64,000 bases of DNA from an uncultured Verrucomicrobiae bacterium (GCA_963836755.1 CAWIKF010000002.1:1248001-1312000); one strand, 5' to 3'. Shown: positions 29,768 to 39,610, numbered from the stretch's first letter. Made by a program: numbers and translations. Notes: generated by a model not told the origin, from the sequence alone.

Positions 29768-32452
29768 ATGAATTTAAGTCCGCTCGGGAGAGCTCGATTC
29801 AGGGCGATCTCGAAAACAAAAAGTTTGTTACTTTGCCTGGCGCTTTTCGCACTGGCATCGAGCCCGGCATTTTCGCAGACGGCTTATTTCGTGGATGGCT
29901 GGCATGGCGGCATCTGGGGACATTATCCGCCGTGGGTCACGCAGTTCCTCGTGGATAAGTTAAACCAGAATCCGGATTGGAAAATCAATCTGGAGATCGA
30001 GCCGGAGAGCTGGGACTGGATAGAGGCGAATACCCCGGAGGCTTACAAGGAATTTCAGGCGCTCTTCGCGGATCAATCTGCCAAGGGCCGGATTGAGTAT
30101 ATCAACCCCGACTTCGCGCAAAGTTACCTGTGGAATGTCACCGGCGAAAGCATCATCCGCCAGTTCGAATACGGCATGCGAAAAGTCCGGCAGCATTTTC
30201 CCAATGCGAATCTCACCGTTTATTCTTCCGAGGAACCGCTCTTTACCAGCGCGCTGCCGGGTATTTTGAAATCCTTTGGTTTTAAGTATGCGGTTTTGAA
30301 AAATCCCAACACTTGCTGGGGCGGCTACACACGCGCTTTCGGCGGTGAGCTAGTCAATTGGATCGGGCCGGATGGGACCAAAATAACCACCGTGCCGCGG
30401 TATGCGGTTGAGTCGTTAAACATGAGCACGACATGGAAAACGATGGCATCGGATAATGCGCCAGCTTACATCGAGGCGGCATTGCAGGATGGGATCACTC
30501 ATCCAGTCGGGATGTGTTTGCAGGATGCCGGATGGAAAAGCGGCCCGCGATTGGGGAAGGGAGCTTATCAGCCGAGCGAGTATGTCACCTGGCGGGATTA
30601 TTTTGAAAACCATGCGAGCAAAGCTTCAGCGGAAGATTGGAAATTCAGCCAGGAAGACGTGTTGGTCAGTCTCGTCTGGGGATCGCAAGTGCTTCAGAAA
30701 ATAGCGCGGGAGGTGAGGGCGGCGGAAAATAAAATGGTCATGTCAGAAAAGCTAACGGGGATGGCCGCGAGCTATCGGGAATTTTCTTGGCCACAATCTA
30801 CTTTCGATGGTGCGTGGAGAACCTTGTTGCTGTCAGAACATCATGATTGCTGGATTACGCCCTACAACCGAAACGGAGCACTGGACCATTTGACGGCAGG
30901 GCCAACTTTTCTGACTCCGGCCAGCGTCGGTGCAACCAACAATACTTGGGCGGACAAAGTCGCCTTGTGGACGGATAACACCAGACAAACGAGCGACACG
31001 ATTACTCAGCAAGCTTTGTCGGCGCTCTCTTCTGGAACCAGAGATGACAGAACTTTTATCCGCGTGTTCAACACTCTGGGAGTTGAGCGGAACGAACTGA
31101 CGAGCGCCGCTTTGCCTGCTGTTTGGGACAAGAACCGGCTCCGCGTTTTGGATGGCGACAATCGGGAAGTTCCATCGCAAATTATTTCCCGTTCCGAATC
31201 AAACGAAGTGCTCTTCGCCGCGGACGTTCCTTCAATGGGCTACAACACTTATCGCTTGGAAAAAGTTCCCGCAGCGCCTTCGAAAGGTGCGCACGCTTCA
31301 ATTCAGCCGGATGGCACTTACAAGCTTGAAACCGATTTATATACTTTGGCGCTTGATCCCGCCCATGGCGGGACGATTACCAGCCTCCAGGCTAAAAAAT
31401 TAGATCATAAAGAATTTGTGGATGGCGCAAGTGCCCGGAGGTTCTCAGAAATGCGCGGCTACTTTTTTGATGAAGGAAAATATCGTTCCAGCGCAGATCA
31501 GCCCGCGAAGCTGACGATTTTGGAAAATGGCCCGTTGCGGTTGCGGGTGCGAATGGAAGGCCTGATCGGCATCCATCCCTTCACGCAGACCATCACGCTC
31601 GCTCAAGGCCAGGCGAGAATTGATTTCAACCTCAAGATCGACTGGCAGGAAAGTCCCGGCATCGGCGACGGTTACGCCCAGACTGCCTGGAAGCGAGAGG
31701 AAGATCGCAAAGCTTTTTACAACAACCGCGAGAAGCTGCTCGCGTTATTCCCGCTGAATTTGAAGGCCCAGAAAATCTATAAGAATGCCCCATTCGATGT
31801 CACCGAAAGCAAATTGAGCGACACGTTTTTCACCAACTGGAGTGGCATCAAGAATGACATCTTTCTCAACTGGGTGGACGCGACCGATGGTGCAAACCAA
31901 TATGGGCTGGCGTTATTGACCGACCACACCACGAGCTATGCCCACGGGGCGGATTTTCCGCTGGGACTGACTGTGCAATATTCGGGAATTGGATTATGGG
32001 GGAAAAACCATCGCATCATAGGTCCCACGGAGTTGAACTACGCTCTGGTGCCGCACGCCGGGAAATGGGATCAAGCGCGCATTTGGTCGGCGAGTGACCG
32101 CTGGAACGAGCCATTGGTCACACGTGTCATGAATTCAGGTTCCCCAGCCGGCGCTACCCGAAAATCTTTGGTGAGCGTTTCTGGAAGCGGCTATGAAATC
32201 TCGGCATTATACAAAGACGGAAAGGATTTGCTGGTCCGCTTTTTCAATGCTGAAGGCGATGCCGCGCCGAGACACATCACCTTCGACGGTCATGCGGATA
32301 TCATTGAAGCCGTTGGGCTGGATGGAAGTAAAATTGCGGAGCTGCCGCAGCTGAAGCAGGACGGGAAAAACACAGTCAGTCTTTCCCTGGCCAGATTAGG
32401 CGTGCAAACTATTCGGCTTAGCAACTTCAGTGCTTCTACATCGCGTGACTGA
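29768..32452 (+). CDS. GH38 alpha-mannosidase-like glycoside hydrolase
   Basis: GESIIRQF, WIGPDGT, LLSEHHD and VPSMGYNTY motifs; signal peptide. Confidence 0.75.
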   Translation: MNLSPLGRARFRAISKTKSLLLCLALFALASSPAFSQTAYFVDGWHGGIWGHYPPWVTQFLVDKLNQNPDWKINLEIEPESWDWIEANTPEAYKEFQALFADQSAKGRIEYINPDFAQSYLWNVTGESIIRQFEYGMRKVRQHFPNANLTVYSSEEPLFTSALPGILKSFGFKYAVLKNPNTCWGGYTRAFGGELVNWIGPDGTKITTVPRYAVESLNMSTTWKTMASDNAPAYIEAALQDGITHPVGMCLQDAGWKSGPRLGKGAYQPSEYVTWRDYFENHASKASAEDWKFSQEDVLVSLVWGSQVLQKIAREVRAAENKMVMSEKLTGMAASYREFSWPQSTFDGAWRTLLLSEHHDCWITPYNRNGALDHLTAGPTFLTPASVGATNNTWADKVALWTDNTRQTSDTITQQALSALSSGTRDDRTFIRVFNTLGVERNELTSAALPAVWDKNRLRVLDGDNREVPSQIISRSESNEVLFAADVPSMGYNTYRLEKVPAAPSKGAHASIQPDGTYKLETDLYTLALDPAHGGTITSLQAKKLDHKEFVDGASARRFSEMRGYFFDEGKYRSSADQPAKLTILENGPLRLRVRMEGLIGIHPFTQTITLAQGQARIDFNLKIDWQESPGIGDGYAQTAWKREEDRKAFYNNREKLLALFPLNLKAQKIYKNAPFDVTESKLSDTFFTNWSGIKNDIFLNWVDATDGANQYGLALLTDHTTSYAHGADFPLGLTVQYSGIGLWGKNHRIIGPTELNYALVPHAGKWDQARIWSASDRWNEPLVTRVMNSGSPAGATRKSLVSVSGSGYEISALYKDGKDLLVRFFNAEGDAAPRHITFDGHADIIEAVGLDGSKIAELPQLKQDGKNTVSLSLARLGVQTIRLSNFSASTSRD

Positions 32453-32605
32453 AGCGCCCAGCAATCCACCCTACCATGAAGATGAAGCCATCCTCCGAGT
32501 CCCGATTAATCCTGACCGCCGCCTCGTTACTCCTCGCCAGCATCCTTGGCCACGCTCTGCCATTGCAGCTGATCTTTGCTTGTTAGGCCTCTTCGCCGCA
32601 AATAG

Positions 32606-33193
32606 ATGAACGATCACTACTACTACTCTAACGACGGCAAAGCTGGCGAGGGCACGTTTTCGCTAGACGAGCTCCGTTCACTCATTAGGGACGGAGTAGT
32701 CGCACCTGAAGCCTCAGTGCGCATCAGCGGCTCCTTGAAGCCATGGCAGCCTCTTTCAAGTTTTCCAGAACTTCGGGACGACCCTCTAATTGTTGCCGAC
32801 GATGATCTTCCGGTAATCACCATTGACGGCACCGAAGCAAAAGAAGCTGTCGCGGAAGTTGCACGCGCAATGAAAGCTAAAGAGAGATTCAAGATCGTCA
32901 CTTCAGACAGAGATTTCGACCCGCTCGGTTATGACCCGCATTCAGCCCATATTTGGATTGGAGCAGCGGGCGGCGGAGTGCTCATGACAATCGGCGCTGG
33001 CACGCTTGTTCTCGCCTTCCTCGATCCGGAACCGACGTCCAAGCTCACGGCATTGATAGCCGGTGGTGTCGTGATGACCTTGGCGGGCGGCGGGCTCATC
33101 GTTACCATTTTGGTCACTCGGTCTCGCTACACGTCCGCCATGCGCTTCGATCACAAGACAAAGAAGTATGAGTGGGTATTATCGCCTCACTAA
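32606..33193 (+). CDS. GYF_2/DUF4339-like membrane protein
   Basis: YYYS...GTFSLDELRSLIRDG...WQPLSSFPEL plus TM helices. Confidence 0.65.
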   Translation: MNDHYYYSNDGKAGEGTFSLDELRSLIRDGVVAPEASVRISGSLKPWQPLSSFPELRDDPLIVADDDLPVITIDGTEAKEAVAEVARAMKAKERFKIVTSDRDFDPLGYDPHSAHIWIGAAGGGVLMTIGAGTLVLAFLDPEPTSKLTALIAGGVVMTLAGGGLIVTILVTRSRYTSAMRFDHKTKKYEWVLSPH

Positions 33194-33292
33194 GTTCAAC
33201 TTGGTCTTTAGCTGATCTTGTTCTCGTTAGGCCTAAGAATCGACCCTATATTGGTTGCCATTATTAAAGAACAAACTGCGGTTCCTGCCACA

Positions 33293-34522
33293 ATGACCGA
33301 TCTAAATCCATTCGATCCGCCTCTGCGTCGAATTAAAAGTGTGATAACGGAACTTACCGCGAAAAAAGACGCGGTTTTCGGCGAATTACAATGGTTCGAT
33401 GCAAACGACAATGCGGAGCTTACCAACCAGTTGCAGGCCAGCCGCCGTCAAGCAGAAGCTCTTAGGCACAAATACCAAGAACTCGAAACGCTGATTGCCT
33501 TGTGTCAACGTAATCACGCAGGCACTCGAACTAAGATTCGGACCTTGTTCAATCCCAAAAACTGGCTGGCCTCCGATCAGGTTCAGCTTCGTCTCACGCT
33601 AAAGGGCCTCACTAGCGCGCAGCATACGCTCGAAGCTGAGAAAAAGAATCTTTCAGACCAAATTAAAAGTATGGATCGCGATGTTCAGACAGCCGACACT
33701 ACACTCAAACGGTATTCTGCATTTGATTCGGAACGGCGCAGGGAAGAAATGCGGTCCATTGACAACGAACTTGGGTCACAACTTGCGAAGGCCAAAATTA
33801 TCGAGAAACGCAAGACTGAGGTGGATCACGCCCTAAAGCCTGTTGTTGACCAAATGCAACAATATACCGAGCACAAGCAAAGAGCTGAGAGCATTAGATC
33901 GCGCGCCACAACTCTTGAACATAAACTTTCCAATGCCGGCAACTCATATCAACGTGCTATGGTGCACAAGCAGTGCGCGGCGGAATTCAATGTTCCCAGT
34001 CCAGGCAAGGTTATCGCGCAGAGCGAGCAAGAAATCCACCGCATCGATCGTGACATTGAGAAGGTGTTGAAACGAGCCCAGGAGATTGCGCAGAGAGCCT
34101 CACGCACAATTCATACGATAGTGGTAGATGGGAATAATTTATGCTACGAAAACAGCAGATTCATAGGTCTAGCAGCACTGGACGCACTCATCCCCCTTTT
34201 GCAACTCAACTATTCGGTCATCACGGTATTCGATGCTGCCATCCGGAGGATGTTAAGGGCAGACGACAAGACAATTGTCAGTCGTTTTGGAAATCAGGTT
34301 AAGATGCATATTGTGTTGACCGGCGGCAGGGCAGACGAAACTATATTGGATATCGCGGGAACCGACAAGCACACCTATATTCTTAGTAATGACAGGTTTG
34401 GTGAATATAACGATAAGTCCGCGATCAGAGACCAGCGAATCGTTCGACATGAGATCGTCAATGGGCGCATATTAATCTATGCCTTAGGTATCGACGCTGA
34501 GTATAAACACACGCGGCCCTGA
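33293..34522 (+). CDS. Coiled-coil protein with C-terminal NYN/PIN-like RNase domain
   Basis: IVVDGNN, VFDA, ADETIL and LSNDRF acidic motifs. Confidence 0.75.
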   Translation: MTDLNPFDPPLRRIKSVITELTAKKDAVFGELQWFDANDNAELTNQLQASRRQAEALRHKYQELETLIALCQRNHAGTRTKIRTLFNPKNWLASDQVQLRLTLKGLTSAQHTLEAEKKNLSDQIKSMDRDVQTADTTLKRYSAFDSERRREEMRSIDNELGSQLAKAKIIEKRKTEVDHALKPVVDQMQQYTEHKQRAESIRSRATTLEHKLSNAGNSYQRAMVHKQCAAEFNVPSPGKVIAQSEQEIHRIDRDIEKVLKRAQEIAQRASRTIHTIVVDGNNLCYENSRFIGLAALDALIPLLQLNYSVITVFDAAIRRMLRADDKTIVSRFGNQVKMHIVLTGGRADETILDIAGTDKHTYILSNDRFGEYNDKSAIRDQRIVRHEIVNGRILIYALGIDAEYKHTRP

Positions 34523-34601
34523 CCATGCGATGCAGCGAACGACTCCGCCTGTAGCTGATCTCGTTCTCGTTAGGCGTAGCGTGCTCGTTGCAAACCGAAC
34601 T

Positions 34602-35021
34602 ATGAAAGTTGATCCTGATGACCTGAAACGGTGGGGGCATGACGATCTCACCAAGATTATTGACCAGCACGTTTCGACGATGCCCGACCGTCCAAAGGTT
34701 GTCGTCACAATCATTGTCAACGGACGCGATTTTGACGAGGCCAACGCCCAAGCACTGAAGCCTTTGGCTCCCCACTACTTTAATACGCAGCCGGTACTTT
34801 GGCTTGGAGCCGCATTCCGTATTATCTACCTTGGGTTTGACGCCGCCGAGTCCGATGCGTTTCTCCAGTTTTGGGCGATTGCAGCAACGATGCCCCGCCT
34901 TGATGAGATGGCGCTCTACATCGACGGCAAAGCAGAGTTTAGGATTGATCGCCTAATTCACGGGCCTCCTCCTCCCGGTTCGGATTTATACGAGGAGCCA
35001 GTCCGACCTTATGAGCCATGA
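34602..35021 (+). CDS. Cassette hypothetical protein
   Basis: ORF between attC sites. Confidence 0.55.
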   Translation: MKVDPDDLKRWGHDDLTKIIDQHVSTMPDRPKVVVTIIVNGRDFDEANAQALKPLAPHYFNTQPVLWLGAAFRIIYLGFDAAESDAFLQFWAIAATMPRLDEMALYIDGKAEFRIDRLIHGPPPPGSDLYEEPVRPYEP

Positions 35022-35187
35022 ACGTAAGTTCCGTGACTTTTCTGCTATCAGCCAACGCTCCTAACGATGCGCTGCAGCGAACTGCTCCGCCGCCTTCGCC
35101 CGCGCAGCCAGCGCGCCAGCCTCCGCAGTCGCTGAGCTTGGGGTCGTTAGGCCCCTCCGCATCACTTCGATTTCCTCATTGCCACCC

Positions 35188-35679
35188 ATGAAGCAAGAGA
35201 ACCGGTTCGTAGCGCACTTATTCCACTTTCTGGCTCCATTCGTGGACATGGAGCAGGATCTTTTCATCTGCGTGGACGGAGCCGCTGCTGCGCGCCACTC
35301 GGGAGCCGAGGGCGCTCGCCTCCTCGACTCCGACTTACCCGACTTGTGGCTCACGTTTTGTGGTCACACGACACCAACGGGAATTGAAGCGAAGGTCATC
35401 GAAAAGAATTCGATCAGTATTCGCCAAGCCCAGTTGAAGGCATGGTGCAGCGCCGGAACCGGTGCGTATCAGCCGACATTCTGGGTGGCCACGAACCGAG
35501 GATTGACCGAGTTCTTCTGTTGGCACCACGCTGCTTTACGGTCGCGTTTGGATTCATCCGCGAGCACCGTCCCTAACGTCTCTCTTTCCCTGTCTGCTTT
35601 TCCGCCCGCACACCGCTCCTCGAACATTGCAGAGCTTGCACTCTACATACTTACCCAACACCGAACAGCCGGGGCCTAA
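35188..35679 (+). CDS. Cassette PD-(D/E)xK-like protein
   Basis: LPDLWL...GIEAK; bracketed by GTTAGGCCCC and GGGGCCTAAC. Confidence 0.55.
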   Translation: MKQENRFVAHLFHFLAPFVDMEQDLFICVDGAAAARHSGAEGARLLDSDLPDLWLTFCGHTTPTGIEAKVIEKNSISIRQAQLKAWCSAGTGAYQPTFWVATNRGLTEFFCWHHAALRSRLDSSASTVPNVSLSLSAFPPAHRSSNIAELALYILTQHRTAGA

Positions 35680-35706
35680 CCATGCGCTGCACCTGAAAAG
35701 GAGCCC

Positions 35707-35818
35707 CGGACGCCACGGACGCCAATTTTAGAGTCCCTCTGGGATTATAGCCGTTAGAGTCACATTCCTTTTCCCTCCAACTTTAGAATAACTTCAATAT
35801 CCCCGTCCGCAGCGTCCG
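35707..35818. repeat. CGGAC origin-like unit 5
   Basis: CGGACGCCACGGACG ... CGTCCGCAGCGTCCG. Confidence 0.85.
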
Positions 35819-35854
35819 TAGAGCGTGTGGCTTGTTGTTCATAAGCTGACCCCT

Positions 35855-35894
35855 CCCTGAAATTCGCTCATTTCAGGGGGTATAATACCCTGAA
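35855..35894 (+). promoter_or_regulatory. Promoter/operator of the DNA-processing operon
   Basis: CCCTGAAAT-N6-ATTTCAGGG palindrome, TATAAT at 35881-35886, third CCCTGAA after it. Confidence 0.55.
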
Positions 35895-35958
35895 TCCGAT
35901 CATCCATCCGTCAGCCCGCGCTGATTTCGGCTGGTTGATCAATAAAAGGAGGTAATCC

Positions 35959-36162
35959 ATGGCGAAAGCCACGCATTACTCTCCGCGCATCTCTCGCTTT
36001 CTGGTCTCCGTCCTCTATCACGAGGCGAAACGCCGCCAGATCCCGATGACCCAGCTCACTGATGAGCTGCTCCGGCAGCAACTTGAAAGTTCTGAGAGTT
36101 GGAATCAGGCGCAGGAGTGCAGGATCGCGGAGAGTCCACCATCACATCCCTCAGATTCCTGA
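35959..36162 (+). CDS. Small putative DNA-binding (RHH-like) protein
   Basis: AAGGAGG RBS; LYHEAKRRQIPMTQLTDELL. Confidence 0.6.
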   Translation: MAKATHYSPRISRFLVSVLYHEAKRRQIPMTQLTDELLRQQLESSESWNQAQECRIAESPPSHPSDS

Positions 36163-36254
36163 GGGGTTCATCAAACCACCGCACAATGACCGGCTCTTTG
36201 TAGCCGGTTTTTTTGTGCCCACATCACAACAACACAGAAAGGAAAAACAATCCC

Positions 36255-36740
36255 ATGGCAGTATTATTGCAAATCACCTACTCAAAGAAGCTGGGTCTTC
36301 CCAACTTCAGCAGTCACAGTTGCTCGGTCAGCGTGCAGGTTGAAATCGCTGACGTATCACAGGTGGCCGAACAAAACGAGCGGCTCTACCAAGTGCTTCA
36401 GGCATCGGTCGACAAGGAAATCCAGGCGGTCGGTTATCTTCCCGACGCAACCAAATACGGAATGAACGGTCAGCAAACCAATGGCAATGGTCATCACAGG
36501 CAGAACGACGGCGCCGGCGTTAGTGAAAAGCAGCTCGATCTCATCAACAAGATCGTGCGTGAGAACAACGCCAACAAAAGCGAGGTCGAAAACCTCGCAG
36601 TTGAAATGTTTGGTGGTGGCGTTCGCACGCTCAACCGGATGCAGGCTAGTAACTTCATTGACGCGCTCTTTGAGAAATACCCGCGCAATGGCAACGGACA
36701 GCGGAGCAAATATCCGCGACAACCGGCGAGGGCATCATGA
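36255..36740 (+). CDS. Hypothetical protein
   Basis: AAGGA RBS; YSKKLGLPNFSSHS N-terminus; SEKQL...ASNFIDAL C-terminus. Confidence 0.65.
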   Translation: MAVLLQITYSKKLGLPNFSSHSCSVSVQVEIADVSQVAEQNERLYQVLQASVDKEIQAVGYLPDATKYGMNGQQTNGNGHHRQNDGAGVSEKQLDLINKIVRENNANKSEVENLAVEMFGGGVRTLNRMQASNFIDALFEKYPRNGNGQRSKYPRQPARAS

Positions 36741-37570
36741 ACGCGCTCGAGGAACCCAAAGCTGACACTGTTCAACCCGGTGCAGCAACGCCACGGAGCA
36801 TCGATGAGCTGACAAGCACGGTGTCAGCGTCACGGCTCGTATCATTCCACCAGTGTCGGCTGAAGTTCTACTTCCGCTACGTGCTGGGCCTTTTCAGGCT
36901 CAAGTCCGCGTCGTTGCACGTCGGGAGCAGCGATCACGCGGTGCTCAAATACTGGAACAACGCACGGTGGAGAGGCGAGCAGCCAACGCTCAAGCAGTTC
37001 CACGACGTTTACGTCCAGTATTGGGCCGCTGAACAACAGCAACATCCAGTGGACTGGACTAGTGAAAACCAGGAGGAAGAAAAGAAGACTGGATGGCGCT
37101 GCCTGGAAACGTATTTCCGGGAATGCCCGATCAAACCGGATGAAAAACCGGAAGCCGTGGAAGTCTCCGTGGAAGCAGATCTATTCGAGCACGGGTTGCC
37201 CAAGCTCGTCGGCATCATTGACCTGGTTCGTCCCGGAGGAAGGATCGTTGATTTCAAGACCAGCGGGAAAACACCCGATCCACTCACGGTCGCCCATCTC
37301 AACGACACACAGCTCTCCAGCTACGGGGTGCTCTATCGCCATGCCACCGGCAAAAAGGAGTCTGGCTTAGAACTGCATCACCTGGTTAAAACCAAAAATC
37401 CCAAGCTGGTGGTAACGGAACTGCCACCTGTCAACAAGGTGCAGGAAAATCGGCTCTATCACGTCATGGAATCCTACGTGGATGGGGTTCAGAAAACGGA
37501 TTGGGTGCCAAGCCCCTCGTTCTTGTGCGGCTCGTGTGAATTCTTTAGCGAGTGTCGCGCCTGGAACTGA
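36737..37570 (+). CDS. RecB/AddB/Cas4-like PD-(D/E)xK exonuclease
   Basis: GIIDLV...IVDFKT, QLSSYG; one N-terminal Cys plus CxxC-x5-C (Fe-S staple pattern). Confidence 0.85.
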   Translation: MNALEEPKADTVQPGAATPRSIDELTSTVSASRLVSFHQCRLKFYFRYVLGLFRLKSASLHVGSSDHAVLKYWNNARWRGEQPTLKQFHDVYVQYWAAEQQQHPVDWTSENQEEEKKTGWRCLETYFRECPIKPDEKPEAVEVSVEADLFEHGLPKLVGIIDLVRPGGRIVDFKTSGKTPDPLTVAHLNDTQLSSYGVLYRHATGKKESGLELHHLVKTKNPKLVVTELPPVNKVQENRLYHVMESYVDGVQKTDWVPSPSFLCGSCEFFSECRAWN

Positions 37571-37663
37571 GGCTACAAAGAAACATCAAACAAAGAGAGG
37601 TCAGCTTTCACCGAAACGGTGCGAGCTGGCCTCTTTGTATTTTAAACGAAAGGAGCTAAAGCA

Positions 37664-37912
37664 ATGAAGCAAATCATTCTCATCGTGCTCACGTTCATCG
37701 TGATCACTTCAAGGAGTCATGCTTTGTTCGGGAGAATCGCTGCGGAAAAGCAACGCAGAATCGAAACTGAACAAAAGCTGGTTCAACAACAGGCTGTCAC
37801 CGCTCAGTGGCAGACTGCTTCGTTTGTTCTCGGGGTGGGCTGCGTCGTCACATTGTTGGCTGGCGCCGCCATTGGAAGCAAAGGGAGGCGCAATGCGAAA
37901 GCAAATGAATGA
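37664..37912 (+). CDS. Small membrane protein
   Basis: AAGGAG RBS; two hydrophobic segments. Confidence 0.6.
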   Translation: MKQIILIVLTFIVITSRSHALFGRIAAEKQRRIETEQKLVQQQAVTAQWQTASFVLGVGCVVTLLAGAAIGSKGRRNAKANE

Positions 37913-38306
37913 CGGCAAGTTTCGACTCAAGGAACTCTTCAAATCGCCGTGGAATCCGAAACCAGTGGAGCCACCCACGGTTGACCCCAACTTGCAGGAA
38001 CTCGATCCATTGACGCGGTCTGCGGAATCGATCCGCTATTCAATCCTGAGCCTCGAGTTCTGGATCTCGCCGAAAGGACAGGTGCGGGAATGGCTCAGGA
38101 GCAACGCACGGCTGGCGATTCTGCTGGCCATTCCATCGTTTCTGGTCCTGCCGATCATTACCTTTGTCCTATGGCAATTGGTCGCGTGGCTCGTCGCCCT
38201 GACTTCAATCGCGGGGAAGCTCATCATCTTCCCGATTCTGGCCCTGCTCGCAGTAGTCATGATCACCGTCACGGTCAACATCTTCAAATTCCTGTTCAGA
38301 AGTTAA
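37905..38306 (+). CDS. Membrane protein
   Basis: Overlaps the upstream stop; long hydrophobic C-terminus. Confidence 0.6.
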   Translation: MNDGKFRLKELFKSPWNPKPVEPPTVDPNLQELDPLTRSAESIRYSILSLEFWISPKGQVREWLRSNARLAILLAIPSFLVLPIITFVLWQLVAWLVALTSIAGKLIIFPILALLAVVMITVTVNIFKFLFRS

Positions 38307-38328
38307 CCAAAGAAAGGAGGCAGATCTT

Positions 38329-39396
38329 ATGGAGCAAACAACTCTCTACTATCGCCACGGCTCCTCTGACAAAGTCTATCAGGCGAGTATTCAACAGCAG
38401 AATGGCGGCTACGTCGTCAACTTCGCTTACGGCCGACGTGGGACAACCATGCAAACCGGAACCAAAACGCAATCTCCAGTCAACCTGGAGAGCGCACGGA
38501 CTATCTACGACAAACTCATCAAGGAGAAGACGGCCAAGGGCTACACGGTTGGTGAAGATGGCGTCCCGTTTCAGCACAGTGAGAAAGCGAACGAGGTCAG
38601 CGGCATCAGTTGTCAGCTCCTCAATCCCGTCGATGAAACCGAGGCAGCAGCACTCATCCAAAATCCTGCGTTTGCCATGCAGGAAAAGTTCGACGGCCGT
38701 CGGCTGCTCATTCGTAAAACGATCGCAGGCATCGAGGGCATCAACCGCAAAGGTTTGATCGTCTCACTGCCGTGTCCACTGGTGGAGGACGCAGAAGCAT
38801 TGTCAGGGAGCTTCATCATGGACGGAGAATCCGTCGGTGAGCACTTCATGGCATTTGACCTGTTATTGATCGATCACAAGGACATCCGCAGTTGGATGTT
38901 CCGTGACCGCTGCCTGGCACTGATGAACCTGATCGCGACGGGGCTCCCAAAGGGCGTCCGGTTTGTCGAGACCGCATTTGATGCAGTATCAAAGCTGGAC
39001 CTGGTGGAACGGCTAAAGCACTCAAACAAGGAGGGCGTGGTGTTTAAAAGAACCGCTGCTCCTTACACGGCAGGCCGACCCGCATCAGGTGGAGACCAGT
39101 TCAAGTGCAAGTTCTACGAAACCGCCTCATTCATTGTTTCCAAGATCAACGGCAAGCGCAGCGTCGAGTTGAAGTTGCGCAACCAAAAAAGACTGGTCTC
39201 GGCTGGCAATGTGACAATTCCGCCCAATCAGAGGATCCCCGAAGTCGGGGCGATTGTTGAATGTCGTTACCTCTACGCATTCAAGGAATCCGGCTCTATC
39301 TATCAGCCAGTATATCTCGGCGAGCGCGACGATATTAATCCAGCGGACTGTTCAGTTACTCAGCTCAAGTTCAAGGCGGAGGTGAGCCCATGCTGA
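38329..39396 (+). CDS. WGR-domain ATP-dependent DNA ligase-like protein
   Basis: SDKVY...YGRRG...EKTAKGY WGR domain; EKFDGRR, MDGE, AFDLL and EGVVFK ligase motifs; C-terminal OB-like region. Confidence 0.85.
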   Translation: MEQTTLYYRHGSSDKVYQASIQQQNGGYVVNFAYGRRGTTMQTGTKTQSPVNLESARTIYDKLIKEKTAKGYTVGEDGVPFQHSEKANEVSGISCQLLNPVDETEAAALIQNPAFAMQEKFDGRRLLIRKTIAGIEGINRKGLIVSLPCPLVEDAEALSGSFIMDGESVGEHFMAFDLLLIDHKDIRSWMFRDRCLALMNLIATGLPKGVRFVETAFDAVSKLDLVERLKHSNKEGVVFKRTAAPYTAGRPASGGDQFKCKFYETASFIVSKINGKRSVELKLRNQKRLVSAGNVTIPPNQRIPEVGAIVECRYLYAFKESGSIYQPVYLGERDDINPADCSVTQLKFKAEVSPC

Positions 39397-39563
39397 TCAA
39401 TAAAAAGGCGGTCAAGGATTTCGCGTTGAGCATGGCCAAGACCCGCTCCCACAAGTTTACGAGAGTGGGTGGCGGGTTCTTTGTGAAATGCGAGGCAAAC
39501 TTGAAAAGCTTCATCCGCGAGCATGTCCAGCGTCTCCCTTCCAAGGGGAAGACGATCAACTAA
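39390..39563 (+). CDS. 57-aa basic protein, putative minimal histone fold (absent from ORF track)
   Basis: GGAGGT RBS; MLINKKAVKDFALSMAKTRSHKFTRVGGGFFVKCEANLKSFIREHVQRLPSKGKTIN. Confidence 0.55.
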   Translation: MLINKKAVKDFALSMAKTRSHKFTRVGGGFFVKCEANLKSFIREHVQRLPSKGKTIN

Positions 39564-39610
39564 AAACAAGCCTGTGAAAAATCTTTCATAGGCAAAACCA
39601 ACAACAAAGA

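Larger units (their letters stand above)
32566..35692 (+). mobile_element. Integron cassette array without intI (CALIN 2)
   Basis: attC right halves ending 32588 and 33232; full attC at 34517-34575 and 35059-35152; left half from 35674. Confidence 0.85.

Noticed and set aside
13986..35818. CGGAC units as IS ends or REP/MITE copies
   Set aside because: No transposase, no target duplications seen, unrelated centres and confinement to the element; not fully excluded without a genome-wide scan.
18221..37570. CRISPR adaptation genes (Cas2-like VapD, Cas4-like nuclease)
   Set aside because: They lie far apart with no cas1 or array; both folds are common outside CRISPR systems.
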